This document shows positions 37,153-50,150 of a DNA stretch of 64,000 nucleotides, piece after piece. Under the pieces are notes generated by a model. It had not been told where the DNA came from. It searched no databases and saw only the letters and a list, made by a program, of their open reading frames with translations. The stretch is from Chiloscyllium plagiosum (Eukaryota). Numbering within the stretch: the first letter of the stretch is position 1; each line of letters starts with the position of its first letter. The stretch spans positions 52,025,037-52,089,036 of the forward strand of contig NC_057719.1 in assembly GCF_004010195.1 (NCBI RefSeq), given 5' to 3'. Position numbers and translations under genes: made by a program.

Positions 37153-39039
37153 TTAATTATGTCATGAGTATTTGCCTGTAATCTCATTATGGGGTCACAT
37201 ATAAGATCAGGCTTGCAAAGGGGCTGGCTCAGCATCAATTGCAAAGGAACTGGATTGAGTTGATCTTCATGCAAAGAAGATGTATTAGCTTGGTTAGCTG
37301 GATGAGCGATTTATAATGCAGAATGGTGCCAACAGTAAAGGTTCAGTACTGAATGAGATCACCGTGATGCCTCTGCTTTCTTAACCTTGCCTGAGGTGTG
37401 CCTATTTCTTTCTAGCAACAGAGTGGACGATAGAACCTTTCACATAATGCGGAATATAATTGACTGGACAATTATCCAAACCTTGGACGTTTTGGAAAGA
37501 ATACTTCGCAAAACAAAAAAGACTAGCTGCAGTCAAAGACTGTATGCACAAAATCTGCAACACTTTGAGAAGTAATGTGATGCAGTTTGTCACTGTAATA
37601 TAGATTTGATGGCACCGTCTGTGATAACTTGCATCAGAAACAACAACTTTTTCATTCTCTCTCCTTTCCCTAAATCCTCTTTCATCACAGTTTGAGTTGT
37701 TAAACGATTAGAAAATCTTACCACCAAAAGTGGATGATTCCTCAAGGGAATATACAGAATCTAGCACCACTGTCTTGAGAAAAGTGAATCTAGCCACCCT
37801 CAGGAAGAAATACAGGAAGATATCCCAATGCCAGCAGTTTATGTGGAACATGACTTAAGCTGCAGACCAGCATTTTTCACCATCAGTGAAAAATTACTTT
37901 TTTATGAATTTTACTGTGACTTGATTAAAGTACTCTTTAATAATTTATATTTTTTCCCCTGAGTTGGACAGTGTGCATATATCGCATTTGTCAAAAGGGT
38001 AGCAGTGTATATTTGCATAGTTTAAAGCTATTGTTAATAAACTTATGCATCTTTGCTTGAATTATTTTTGTTTTATGCATATATTTGTTTCATTTAAACA
38101 TATATAATAGTGTGTGACACAAAATTGGCAATATCACTTTCCTTTTAAAATTCAAACTTTGCTATGACCGAGGGAAAAATGAATAGGAAAGGAATCAGTT
38201 CAGCCTTCTAACTCAGGGTTTGTGGGGGAACAGAAGACAATGTCTTTGGCCTCAACAATAATTAACTGGAAAATATTGCTACTCATACAATACAGGATTT
38301 CAGCCAAACAGGCTTATAATTTCAGCCAATGCATGGATTGAGAGAGATGTGTATGAAATAGCACTCAGTATACATATAGAAACAATATTTTTAGATGCTA
38401 TTGCAAAGATGTTGGAGCTGTCCATGAAGAAAAAGCAGCATTAAATGGCTGAAGATGATTCTCTGTTGACAAAATGGCTGAGAAGACTTTGTGTTAGCTG
38501 AAGCAGCAGCTTGCTTTGTTCGAAATGTAAAGTAACTATAAGCTAGAAACAATCATAGCATTTGTAGAAGGATTACATCCAAGGTGACAGGATTAAGGTA
38601 TTACACAAAAGGTATTGCGATGAATACAGAAAGGGGTCCTGTTGAGTAGTAGCAAAGACACAATGGCTGTTGTTTGTACAGAGACATTTGGAGAAGGAGC
38701 ATTCTTGAATATACTGATAGAAGATTCTATTACAGGCATGTTCAGAGTCTGAGATTCAGCACTAGATAGAAGGTAAGGGTCTGACCCACCTTAGTTAAGA
38801 TCCCCAGGTAATCGTAGACACGTGTTTTAGATATATCAAATATATATTGTAGCGAGAAGCCCGCAGCCTGTTAGCAGGGAGGATTACATAACAGATTCTG
38901 AAGTCAGCAGTATTGGAATGTGGTTGGATAAGATGCAGTGTGAAATTGCAAGGGTAGGGGATAAAGGTGTCTGGTAACCATCATGACAAAACCTAAAACT
39001 GACCACCATTGACTATTCAGTCACACAATTAACTTGATT

Positions 39040-39265
39040 GGATGTGTTGCCATAGTCTTACCAGACCATAGAGGCTGCTGTCTTCATTAGAAGAGGAGTA
39101 CCTGGTGTTGATTTAACCTGAGGGCACCAGACTCAGGTAAGGGAAGAGATTGCAAAGGAGAGCCCTTCATAGTAACCTCAAACCAGGGATGGGAATTGAA
39201 CCTATCCTGTTGGTATCATACTGCTCTGTAACCAATGATCCAGCCAACTGAGCTAAATCAACGCC
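39040..39265 (-). mobile_element. tRNA-derived SINE, family 2
   Basis: ttaacctgaggg...gggaattgaacc...ccaactgagctaa as at 16660-16883. Confidence 0.8.
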
Positions 39266-39399
39266 CATTAGATGTATATGTAATCAATTAATAATATGAT
39301 TGGTTTGTAATAGCCAAAGGTGGTCCAAAATAAATGTATAAAAACAAATCCCTTTGTTCAATGAAGAAGCTTCTGAATCCCAAGAGGTTTTCATCCTAT

Positions 39400-40620
39400 T
39401 GATGGAAAACAATCAAACCTTTTGACAATGAGAGTGGACTTTAGATGTCAAATGATTTATTTAGTCACTCTACCCCAATGAAAGGGCAATATGCAGATGA
39501 GAAATGAGACAAAGTCAAGCACGGGAACTTGGGCACAAACAAAGGTATTGAAGGACAGCCAAAAGGTATTCTTTAAAAGAAAGCCATTTTTGACTCATTT
39601 AGTGGAGCTTTTTGAAGTAAGCAATTATAAGACAAAGGAACTATAATAACAGTATACAGTACATTGATTTTAAAATACTCAATAAAATGTTACACAGGAG
39701 GTTTATTATAAATGTCTGATGTGTTTTATAAGAAAATGTAACAGCATAAATAAAAATTGGATGATGGATAGGAAACCGCTCATAAAGTAATTGGATGCTG
39801 CTCATATTGGTGAAGGGTTAGAATGAGTATACACAAGGGATCAGTGCTTTGTGCACTTTTGAGTTTGATTTTCTTATGATTAGCACTTGGGAATACTACT
39901 TGCTTCAGACATACACATAGCTGATTTGAAAAACAGCATGTTGAACTGTGAAAAATCTCAGGAGGACATAGGTTGGCAGAACAGACAGATGCAATATAAC
40001 ATGATGTACTTTGGAAGTTAACCAAAGATTGAATATGTACCTTCAATGGAAACATGTTGAAGATCATAGAGAGAAACAGAAAGACTTTACTGTAAACTCA
40101 TAACTAATTCTACAAATGTGACTGGACAAACATGAACCATAAAAAATGCTTTAGCATTTTGGAATTTATTGATTGTGGCATTGAATAGAAGTTCAAGGAA
40201 ATGATTTATAATTTGCTCAAGGCAATTTTTAGATTGTCATCTTGTACAAGCCCTTGTAAAAAAAATTAAAAAGATGTAGTTGTTAAGCAGAAGTTCACCA
40301 AGATGGTTATAAGGACTAGAAACTAATGCTTTGTGGACAATTGAGTTAGTGACATGATTTTATTGGGGACAAGAGGTTAAATGGGATTCACTAGGGATAT
40401 TTTATATTCAGATTCGTAGACTTGAACTGAATAGGTTTTCCTCTTATTTAGTGGGAGACAGTTGTGATAGGCTGTCAATCCAAAATTGGCCTTAGGGAAC
40501 TGAGGAGTGAGATAAAGAGACATTATTACGTAGCTGTTACAGCACTGAATGTTTTTACAAGATAAAGAATTAAACATCCATGATTACATTTCTAAAGAGA
40601 TGATTGCATGAACAGTTGGA
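39400..40620 (+). mobile_element. Very old CR1 RT remnant
   Basis: Traces such as cacaagggatcagtgctt and cagaagttcaccaagatg; heavily decayed. Confidence 0.45.
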
Positions 40621-40930
40621 TAAAAAGTACATTCAGAGGTTAAGTGAGATTAATTTCTAGTTACTCTAGCAAAACATTGTGTCTGAAACAATGGCCACCA
40701 TATTTACTTTCCAACCCATTATGGGTAGGAGTGGGTTAACCCATGAAATGAGTAGAGTACATCTCAATCTGTCAGGCAGAACTATCACTGCAATTGTAAT
40801 CACCTACTTGAAGCCTCCTAATTTATAAGGTTTAGACATACAATTTCTTTGGCAACTTTGTCTCTGGGGAACATTATTAAACCTCTGTTTATTGTTTTAT
40901 GTACAGATGATCGTATAATAGAATTTACTG

Positions 40931-41062
40931 ACATTTCTGATGAAGAACTTCTGCTTGAAGTGTCGACTCTTCTGCCCATCAGATGCTGCTTGACCGGCTG
41001 TTCTTTTCCAGCACCACACGTTTTGACTCTGATCTCCAGCATCTGCCGTCCTCACTTTCTTC
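40931..41062 (+). mobile_element. Penelope-derived short element, decayed hammerhead
   Basis: TSD TAGA(A/T)TTTACTG (40919-40930, 41063-41074); CTGATGAAG start; same 3' end. Confidence 0.85.
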
Positions 41063-41200
41063 TAGATTTTACTGTTAGTTCATCAAAAAGTTTTTAAACA
41101 TTAGCATAATTATACCTGGCAAGATCTTGCACTAATTTCAGTTTCAATTTATTTTCAGCAATGTTGTTAAATTTCACTTCCATATTTTTGGTTTGCTGAG

Positions 41201-41770
41201 ATAGAGTCATAGAGATTACAGCACGGGAAACAGAACTTTCGGTCCAACTCATCCATGCTGATCAAATATCCCAACCCATTCTAGTCCCACCTGCCAGCAT
41301 CCAGCTCAAATCCCTCCAAACCCTTCCTATTCATATACCCATCTAGATGCCTTTTAAATGTTGTAATTGTACTAGCCTCCACCACTTCCTCTGGCAGCCC
41401 ATTCCATACATGCACCACCTACTGTTTGAAAAAATTGCCCTTTAGGTCTCTTTTATATCTTTCCCCTCTCACCCTAAACCCATGTCCTCTAGTTCTGGAC
41501 TCCCCGACCCCAGGGAAAATACTTTGTCTATTTATCCTATCCATGCCCCTCATAATTTTGTAAACCTCTATAAGTGCCTCCGACACTCCAAGGAAAATAG
41601 CCCGGGCCTATTCAGCCTCTCCCTATAACTCAAACCCTCCAAACCTGGCAACATCCTTGTAAATCTTTCCTGAACCCTTTCAAGTTTCGCAACATCCTTC
41701 CGACAGGAAGGAGACTAGAATTGCGTGCAATATTCTAAAGGTCGCCTAACTAAAGTCCTGAACAGCCGCC
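41201..41770 (-). mobile_element. CR1/HER1-like LINE 3' end
   Basis: Highly similar to 28676-29250. Confidence 0.93.
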
Positions 41771-42311
41771 TGTATTGTATGAAGGCCTGATGCATTAAAA
41801 AATTAACAGTCTGTAATTAACCAGGACTCAGAAATAAAATCTATAAACATTTCAAGATTTATCATGTTCTATGAACATTTTCTTACAATGACATTGACTA
41901 AATATCATTACTCATTACCAACCATCCATAATTTTGCAATTAGCCTGTTGGTATTGGAAGATTGTTTTTCCTTGTTTTGTATCTTATTGTGAAGCAATTG
42001 TGATCATTCAGCATATTAACACATCATGTAGCACAAGCTAACCCAAGAATCCTTGTTAAGTGGCGTGCTATTGTATTGATATTTGACAGAAAATCCGCCT
42101 CATGCCAAGTTAAGAATTGTTTTCCCATTTATCTAACATGCTGATAGAATTGAAATTTAGAACTCGGTGATGATTTCAGCTTTGAACTATATCTGATCTA
42201 TGCATATTGCACATCACACATATTTTGCAATGCCCCCAAATTGGATATTTGCATACGTCAATTAGGTAAATATGATCTAGTGCTTGTCAAATTTGTTGGT
42301 TTTATATGGCA

Positions 42312-42540
42312 GTGGGTCAGTTGGTTCAGTTGGCTGGGTGATGGTAATGCAACGCAGAGTGACATCAACAGTGTGGGTCCAATTCATACACGAGCTAAAG
42401 TTACAATGAAGGGACTCTCTTTGTCAACATTTCCCCACATTACGGGTGTGATGACCTTTTGATTAAATACCACCAGTTGTCTTTCTCTAAAGAGAGAGCA
42501 GCCCTATGTTTTGTTAAGACTATGGAAACTTTACCTTTAT
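42312..42540 (+). mobile_element. tRNA-derived SINE, family 2
   Basis: ggtcagttggttcagttggc head, actttaccttta tail. Confidence 0.7.
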
Positions 42541-42829
42541 ATATTTATATAGCATATTCAATTAATAAAATGTCTGAAATCATGTCACAGCCATGTTATC
42601 AAACAAGATTTAACATCACTCTGTGTCACAACCCTCACTATATAAATGGTATCCCAGCAGTATACTGAAGTTTTGTGTTCCAGAACTAATTGCATCCCAA
42701 GGAAGATATTCTAGCACAGCTGCAATGCTGGTATTCACTTAACTATGTAGATCATTCCCCAGGTATTTCCTGATCACAAAAACAAATGCGCTCACAACCA
42801 GTTACCTTAGTCTAATTCTTGATCATCAG

Positions 42830-44100
42830 GAAATGATGGAAGTGGTACTCGACAGGACTGTCAAGTCAAGCTGTACAACAATTACCTGCTTGCAGTTGCT
42901 CAGCTTAAGTTCGACCAGGGCAACCCAGCACCTCTCCTCATACAGCCTTGTTCTAAAAGTGGGTAGAAGACTTGAACTCAAGAGAAACAATAAAAAGGAT
43001 AGTTTTGACATCAAGGCAGCATTTACCTTAGTCAAGGGACATTTGCAAAATTTTTAGATTCATTGAACTCGGGCAGAATTTCCACTGGTTAGTCATACTG
43101 ATCACAAATGAAGATGATTGTGGTTGTTGGAGGTCAATCATCTCAGTTCCAGGACAGTGCTACAGGAGCTTTTCTGGTTGGTCTTCTAGATCCAAATATT
43201 CACAAATTATTTTCCTTTCAAGACAAGGTGAGAAGTAGAAATGTTCTTTGGTGATTACATAATCTTTGGTGTAACATGCAATTCCCCAGAAACTGAATTA
43301 TTCCCTGCCAATATATAGTTAAATAAAAAGACATTTCAGGCCTAAGGTAAGAAGTGGCAAGAAACAGTCATGTCATACAAGTGCCAGTCAATGACTATCT
43401 CCAGTGAGAAAGAATTTTCACAACCTCCCCTTGGCATTTAATGCCATTGCCATCACTGAATCTCCCATGACCAACATTTTGGGGCTACTATTTTCATAAG
43501 TGAAGCGAACATGCAAAACAAACAAAATATTTGCAAAAAACAGAGCAGATGCTGGGAATTCTAAAACAAGTAACTCATCTCCTGACTTGCAGGTGCCTGC
43601 ACTCCATCCGTGAACTATAAATCAGGAGTGTCATGAAATATTTCTCACTTAGCTGGATAAGTCTGGCTCCAACAACATTCAAGCACCTTGATATCATCCA
43701 GAACAAAGCAGCTGATTTGATTAACACCACATTTACCAACTTAACATTCACCCAGTACAGCAAGGTTAGCATCTACAAGATGCACTGCACCAACTTAGGG
43801 TGCTTCAATAACAGCTTCAAAGCTGAGGCCTGTAACACCTAAAAGGACAATGGCAGTGGAAGGACAAAGCAGCAGATGCATGGGAGTACCACCAATTGCA
43901 AGTTCTCCTCCAAGCCACACACCATCCTGGTTTGGAACTGAGTCACCATTCCTTTGGTGTTGGAATGTCAAATTCCTGGAACTTTCAATCCAACATCACT
44001 ATGTGTACCTGAACTGCACAGGCTGCAAGAATCACCTTCTCACGAGATGGCCAACAAATTCTGGCCTTGCTGGTGACAACCACACCCCATGAAAGAATGG
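42830..44100 (+). mobile_element. Family B LINE RT and 3' end (old)
   Basis: FDIKAAF, APTTFKHLDIIQNKAADLI, tail ctggccttgctggtgac. Confidence 0.75.
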
Positions 44101-44424
44101 AAAAAATGTTAACATTTCAGGTCCTGACCATAGTTTTAATTTTATTTCATAACTGCAGAATCGTTATTTTATGATTCTATTGCTTGTGAATATATGGGAC
44201 CACATTAATGATGTGTATTTAGGAACTAGACAAAACAATTCTCTGATTTCTTAACTCCGTTGTAGATTCTCTCATATCTTAACTCCTTTGTCCATTACTA
44301 AAAGATTAGCACCTATAGGTAACTTGGAAAGTCAAGTTCCTTCCATATAATCCCAATATTGCCGTAACTCTAAATTGATAAAATTCCCATTCTTCTTTTT
44401 TTTAGTCTTCAGATGTTATCAAAT

Positions 44425-44680
44425 CATAGAATCCTGAAAACATGGAAGCAAACTATTCAGCCTATCCAGTCATCATTGACCTTCTGAAGAGCATCCCACC
44501 TAGACTCATCCCCCTACCTTGTCACCTTGCATTTCTTATGACCAATCTGCCTAACTTGTACATCTTTGGACTGTGGGAGGAAACTGGAGCACAGACATGG
44601 ATAGAATTTGCAAACTCCACTCAGTCGCCCGAGGCTGTTCCTGGTACTGTGAGGTAGTAGTGCTAGCCACTGTGCCACTG
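44425..44680 (-). mobile_element. Divergent HE1-like SINE
   Basis: catctttggactgtgggaggaaac V-domain; gctagccactgtgccac head. Confidence 0.8.
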
Positions 44681-45419
44681 TACTGCCCAACATATAATAA
44701 CACAACAATAATAAGTCATGGTGAGCTTCTCCAAATGTTAACATCATTTTGGATCATTGTAGTAGATAGATAATTTAATTCCAATAGATTGGTCTGAATA
44801 GCCCAAATCTCAAAGGGCAAATGTTCAACTGAGTGCTTCATCCAATCCCTAGTTATTCTCTTGGAAAGTAATGGTTTGTTTAGGGAACGAAAAAGTCAAA
44901 ATTAAAGTTTACTGTTCTTCCTGAGAAAATAAATCTATTTGCATATCACTGAATTTACACTCGTATAGTGCAGATTTTTAAAATAACACTAAAAGTCACA
45001 ATTGGGGTAAAGAGACATGTACCACAATCATGAGGCAGAACCGTTAATGACGTTTTTGGCCAAATGCCAGAAAAAAAACAATTATCAGCATTCATAAAAC
45101 TTCTCCACAGCATACATTTATTAACACAGTAGATCAAATTTCTGATGAGTAAGATAAGTTCAAATACAATTAAATATGACTGCAGTAATATTGATGCCCT
45201 TTCAAATAATTATCATTAAGCAGTAGAATACTGCATAATTGCTTCAGCAGAGCCATTTAAAAAGTTTAAAATCTCAGACAATGAATATGTCTTGTGTGGC
45301 AGGTTTGCTTATCTTCAGTCTTATTTCCCTCTTTGTACTTTGTTGCTGTGTTTTACAGAATAAAATGGAGGATCCTGATCGGAACAATAAATATTAAATC
45401 ATGACTTCTTTTATGTGCA

Positions 45420-45680
45420 CTACAGAAAGAGGTTGATCATTTAAGGCTGAAATGAAGGAAGATTGTTCTTGGTTAGAGATTGTAGATCTTTGTATTTATC
45501 TATTCCAGAGTATTAACGACATTCATTTGTTGAAGTTTTCAAGGAAGTGATTGATAAATTGTTATATAGCAAGGGAATTACAGGATAGCTTGGGAAAGTG
45601 AAATTGAAATACAGGATGAACCCTGATCATGTTGAATGGTCAAGTTGACTCATAGGATGAATGGTCTCTCCCATTCTCAT
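45420..45680 (+). mobile_element. Old CR1 3' end
   Basis: Degenerate match to 31620-31900. Confidence 0.5.
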
Positions 45681-46614
45681 ATTGTTTTTAGGAAAATCTG
45701 ATTAGAGTTCATTTTTGAAAACTTTCTTTGCTCATGTTTCCTTTTTGCCTCCTCCTCTTCTGAAGATGATGCTGAAGTAATTATCGATCAGGATCACCTT
45801 TTGAGACTTTACACAAAAGTGGCTATCCTTGAAATGAGAATCCAAAATGTGTGTTTTTGCTAGCTATTCACCTAGCAAGCACATAAGTGTCATAGGGGAG
45901 AGCGGTGGTGTCCTCATGCAATGCTCATACATAAAGGGCTTAATTTACTGGAGCTTGCCAGAATGGGCCTCATGGTACGGTGACTGGGATAATTGGACTA
46001 TCTGTGTTCAGTTCCTGCCATCTGGAAACCCATCCCAAATGAAGCCAGAGGAGAAAGGATTCAATGCGGGAATTCTGCTTGCTTATAATGGGATACCAAA
46101 TAACGTTGTAAATGAGTCACTCAAAATTATTCCTAATATTACCAGAATTTAATGCTGGCTGAAAAATATGACAGGTCTTGTACAGGTCCACCTTGGTTCT
46201 TGAAGATCTTGTTGGGTTCTCCACTACCTCACAAGGGATGGCCTCACATTAAGAGATACTCAGTATGCAATTGAGGGAACCAGTATCAGGAACTGGGGGT
46301 GGAGAGATGAGGGGCAACTGAAAGATATTTCCCTGCCTTTGTCTCCCAATTCCCTGCTACCCCCTTCTCAGAAAACTCCAACAGTACCTTGTCCTCCCTC
46401 AATCTTGTCCATTCATTTGTCTCCAGAGAATCAACTAATCTTCTGGCCAGGGCTCAGAGCACTACCAGCGGTAGATACCACTTCTGATGGCACTGCTATC
46501 AATGGTCCGATTCCAGTTTCAGTCTGACATTTCCCAAGGATGGAATTCCTACCCTCTGAAGTTCTCAATCCTCTGTGAGGGCTGTCTCTTAAATGTCTGA
46601 CAACAGTTAAACAG

Positions 46615-46751
46615 TGTTCTGATGAAGGGTTCCGACCCGAAATGTAGACTTCCCTGCTCTTCCGATGCTGCTTGACCTGCTTTGCCTTTCCAGCTTCACA
46701 TTTTTTTTAACTGACTCTGACTTTCAGCATCTGTAGTCCTTACTATCTCCA
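46615..46751 (+). mobile_element. Penelope-derived short element with hammerhead core at 46619-46646
   Basis: CTGATGA-A-GGGT-TCCG-ACCC-GAAA-TGTA; a further minus-strand fragment lies at 46974-47040. Confidence 0.85.
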
Positions 46752-48389
46752 AAAATGTGACAAGCAGCTCCTATTGATCCTTCAAACAGTGAAGGGGACT
46801 CATGTCACTGCAACCTAACTTCTTTCAAAAGTGGGTCTCACAGGATAAGTAGTCAGGAATTTGGGTGTTTGAAAGCAAAGGCCAGATGAAAGCAAATATT
46901 CTTTCTGAGTCTCACAACATAATTAGCTACTGCATGCGGAACCGATCATGGGATACAAGGAACATCACATGATAAAATGTGGAGCTGGGAAAAGCGCAGC
47001 AGGTCAAGTAGCATCAGAAGAGCAGGACAGTCAACATTTCAATCATCACATTAATTATGACAGCAATTCTAGAATTAAAAATGAACACTGTATGCCGTTA
47101 CATTATCTCTAAACTTCACTACAACTCAATTCATAAAAGATTAAATGCCTTTCTGTGAGAATATAGAGTTATTCATTTGTAATGTCTTTATTATGTTTTG
47201 AAGTTTTCAAATAATGAATTCAAGTTTCAAGCAGATTTTTGCAAATCTTCATTAATTCAATAATACAGTAGTTTCCACTCAGATTAAAAATTAGTGAAGA
47301 TTATTGCCTCTAGTTTTCCAATTTACATAAAATATTGTTACATTTTATTTTTCAGCAATAATGATTTTCCCTTCAAAATAGAGAAGATAATTGAATGTGA
47401 TGTAGATGGGTCTGGCTATTTACCCCCACCTGTTTAAACAGTTTTTGAAAATCAATTTCACATCCTATAATATGTGAAATATTTCCTGGGAGCAAAGTAA
47501 CCAACCAGCTGTTAATGGCAGCTGTATTGGTTCATAAATTCATTGAGCATTTTACTTTATAGATTTCTTTGGATTGAAATAGCATTCAAAGATATGCAGC
47601 TCATTCGAAGCTACTGATAGTCCAAAGTTGCCAGTTCAGTAAAAATTCAACACAATTATTTTGCAGGACTATTGATAGCAATTACATGCAAATATGCAAA
47701 AATACATGTACAAGATGTCAGTTGTTTGCAAGTTGCAGTTTTGCTTACTTGTATGAACAGGGTAGGCTAGTTAGAAAAAAACGTTTCTCCTCGCCTATCC
47801 AAGTAGAAGAAACAGTTCTCCATCTCCAAGGGAAGTTGTGTTGATAAATACATACACAGCCCTTTAAGGTCATCAGGCAGTGCTTACTGAACAATCCTGA
47901 GTGTGCTAACTGCTAGACAAACAATTTAAGATAATTAGTTATCGTTTATTAACGTGGATCATTTATGTTTGCTAGAAGTGACATAGGATCTATTCCTCTC
48001 TAAATAAAAAAGGAATATCTTCAAGCTTTGCATCCTTTTTGAATTACCCAAAAATTTAGTTCCTCATTGACAGAGTCATTGCCATACAGAAAACAATTTG
48101 ACAACAGGATAAGTGTAAATTGTGATGGTGATAGTTTAAAATTTGAAATTCTTGCCTTTGTCCTGATGAACCAAAGGTAAATGCTCTGACAACATGCCTC
48201 TATTTTCAGCATTAAATGTTGAGTCAGAGACAAGAGATCATGAGGAATAAGAAAACAACATATGTTAAACAAATATTATATGTCTGTCTTTGCAATATCA
48301 TGTAGAAGATCTAAAAGTTATGTACCAGATTTAAATGGAATACTGTAGGTTTATAAAAGGAGTGATGATGTTAAGGTAATTAATTAGGT

Positions 48390-48525
48390 TAGATTAGATT
48401 ACTTACAGTGTGGAAACAAGCCCAACAAGTCCAAACCGACCCGCCGAAGCGTAACCCACCCAGACCCATTCTCCTACATTTACCCCTTCACCTAACACTA
48501 CGGGCAATTTAGCATGGCCAATTCA
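48390..48525 (-). mobile_element. HE1-like SINE 3' fragment
   Basis: Reverse complement of 48778-48910. Confidence 0.9.
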
Positions 48526-48604
48526 GCAATGTTCATCCCATTGAATATCAAAGGGTGATGTTTGGACTCCCTCTTGTTGGAGATCATCCAACTTGTTGGA
48601 GTGG

Positions 48605-48910
48605 ACGGCACGGTGGCACAGTGGTTAGCACTGCTGCCTCGCAGCGCCAGAGACCCGGGTTCAATTCCCGCCTCAGGCGACTGACTGTGTGGAGTTTGCA
48701 CATTCTCCCCGTGTGTGCGTGGGTTTCCTCCGGGTGCTCCGGTTTCCTCCCACAGTCCAAAGATGTGCAGGTCAGGTGAATTGGCCATGTTAAATTGTCC
48801 GTAGTGTTAGGTAAGGGGTAAATGTAGGGGTATGGGTGGGTTGCGCTTCGGCGGGTCGGTGTGGACTTGTTGGGCTGAAGGGCCTGTTTCCACACTGTAA
48901 AGTAATCTAA
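48605..48910 (+). mobile_element. HE1-like V-SINE, full length, young
   Basis: A box TGGCACAGTGG, B box GGTTCAATTCC, V-domain, CpGs retained. Confidence 0.96.
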
Positions 48911-49269
48911 AACTATATGACCCTATCACTCTAAGAGGCTGAGTATTTCAAACTGAGAGGAGCAGAAATGAATCTTTGGAATTCTTACCCCAGAGACTGA
49001 GGACAGTCCATCATTCAATATATTTAAAGCTACAGTAAATAAATATTTAAACATGGTTTGTGAATGGCCCTGTGAAATCTTGAACATTTGTCTACCTTTT
49101 GCTGTAAGGGTAAAGGCAGAGCATACTCTCCTCAGTGCATGCAGCACTGGGCTTGGAGATATTGGTTCTTTGATGCTGCTGAGTGGTGACATGTAATGAA
49201 GATGTAGTATGTTGATGGTCTGTGACAGCCTGCTCACATACATCATGTCTACTCAAGGTAGGTGTGAAT

Positions 49270-50150
49270 TCAGTTGCCACAAGCCAGCTCAACTGCCAAT
49301 CCAAGTCTCTGGCTTCTGGTGGAGGTGTTTGATAGTCCTACCTCCTCTGCATCCTCCTCATTTGAAGATGAGCAGGTTTCTTCCACATCCTCTGAATGTA
49401 AGGTCTCACCCCTCTGATGTGCCAGGTTATGGAGAGCACAGTTGACAACAATGATTTCTGGAATGCTCACATGGTCATTTTGTGGAGCTCCTCCTCCAGA
49501 ATGGCTCAGGCACATTGGTCCAGACAACGAATTCAGGTACATAGAACAGTTCTATTTTTTATTAAATCATGTCCTGGTCGACATACTGGCACTGTACTCT
49601 TCCCTAGCTTCACTGTGAGGGTTCCTCAATAGTCTTGTCTTGAAAGGGTGTACATTGTCACAGAGGAGATGTGTGAGGGACTTGAATAACTTGTTGAGCT
49701 TGAATGCATACATGTGCCGAGAAATGGACACACCCTTGTAAGGTGTACTTCAGCCAAATATTTATGTTGTGGAAGGCCTTTTCGATGAAGGTTCCAAGCT
49801 GTACAATTGGAGCTTTGATGGCAGTGTATGTATAATTGTAACACCCTGTGTGGAAACCCTATAAAGGCACTGAAACCAATAGGTCTCGAGGCTGGGCTAT
49901 CAAGGTAACTGCAGCATCCCATGAACTCTACAATTGTCTTATATAGTGCATTGATTACTTCCCTAATGCAGTGGCATCCTGCAGTTGACCTCAATAAATC
50001 TTTGGAAGAAGTTGCATGTGCAGAATTTCAGCATTGACCTCAGCCATCCAGTCAGTCCCATTGGCACAGAGGGTGGTGACTGTCTCTTTGAAGAGGTGTA
50101 GTGTTTTTTGGCTATGGAACTACAATAACTGCAAGGAATTAATTCAACTT
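49270..50150 (-). pseudogene. PIF/Harbinger transposase remnant (HARBI1-like DDE)
   Basis: LHLFKETVTTLC, CIREVINALY...GFSAFIGFPH, RKG and IIVVNCALHNLAHQRG occur in the expected order with stops and frameshifts. Confidence 0.8.

Larger units (their letters stand above)
35410..37240 (-). mobile_element. Old L2-like LINE 3' remnant hosting nested insertions at 36043-37152
   Basis: Similar to 53060-53670 (gtcttaaagga, ttttggatgatctcaa, aatgaggacttcagc); resumes after 37150. Confidence 0.55.

Noticed and set aside
10205-37700. Spliced chain 10205-10366 + 32262-32344 + 37691 giving a GPI-anchor-like C-terminus
   Set aside because: The 32262 acceptor is weak, the last acceptor lies in LTR-like sequence, and no protein is recognised; likely over-fitting.
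37620-38900. Possible LTR plus gag remnant (FVEGLHP)
   Set aside because: Too decayed to define ends or domains from sequence alone.
48605-48680. tRNA-like sequence (also 22630-22706 and 55607-55680)
   Set aside because: These are SINE heads followed by V-domain and LINE tail, not tRNA genes.
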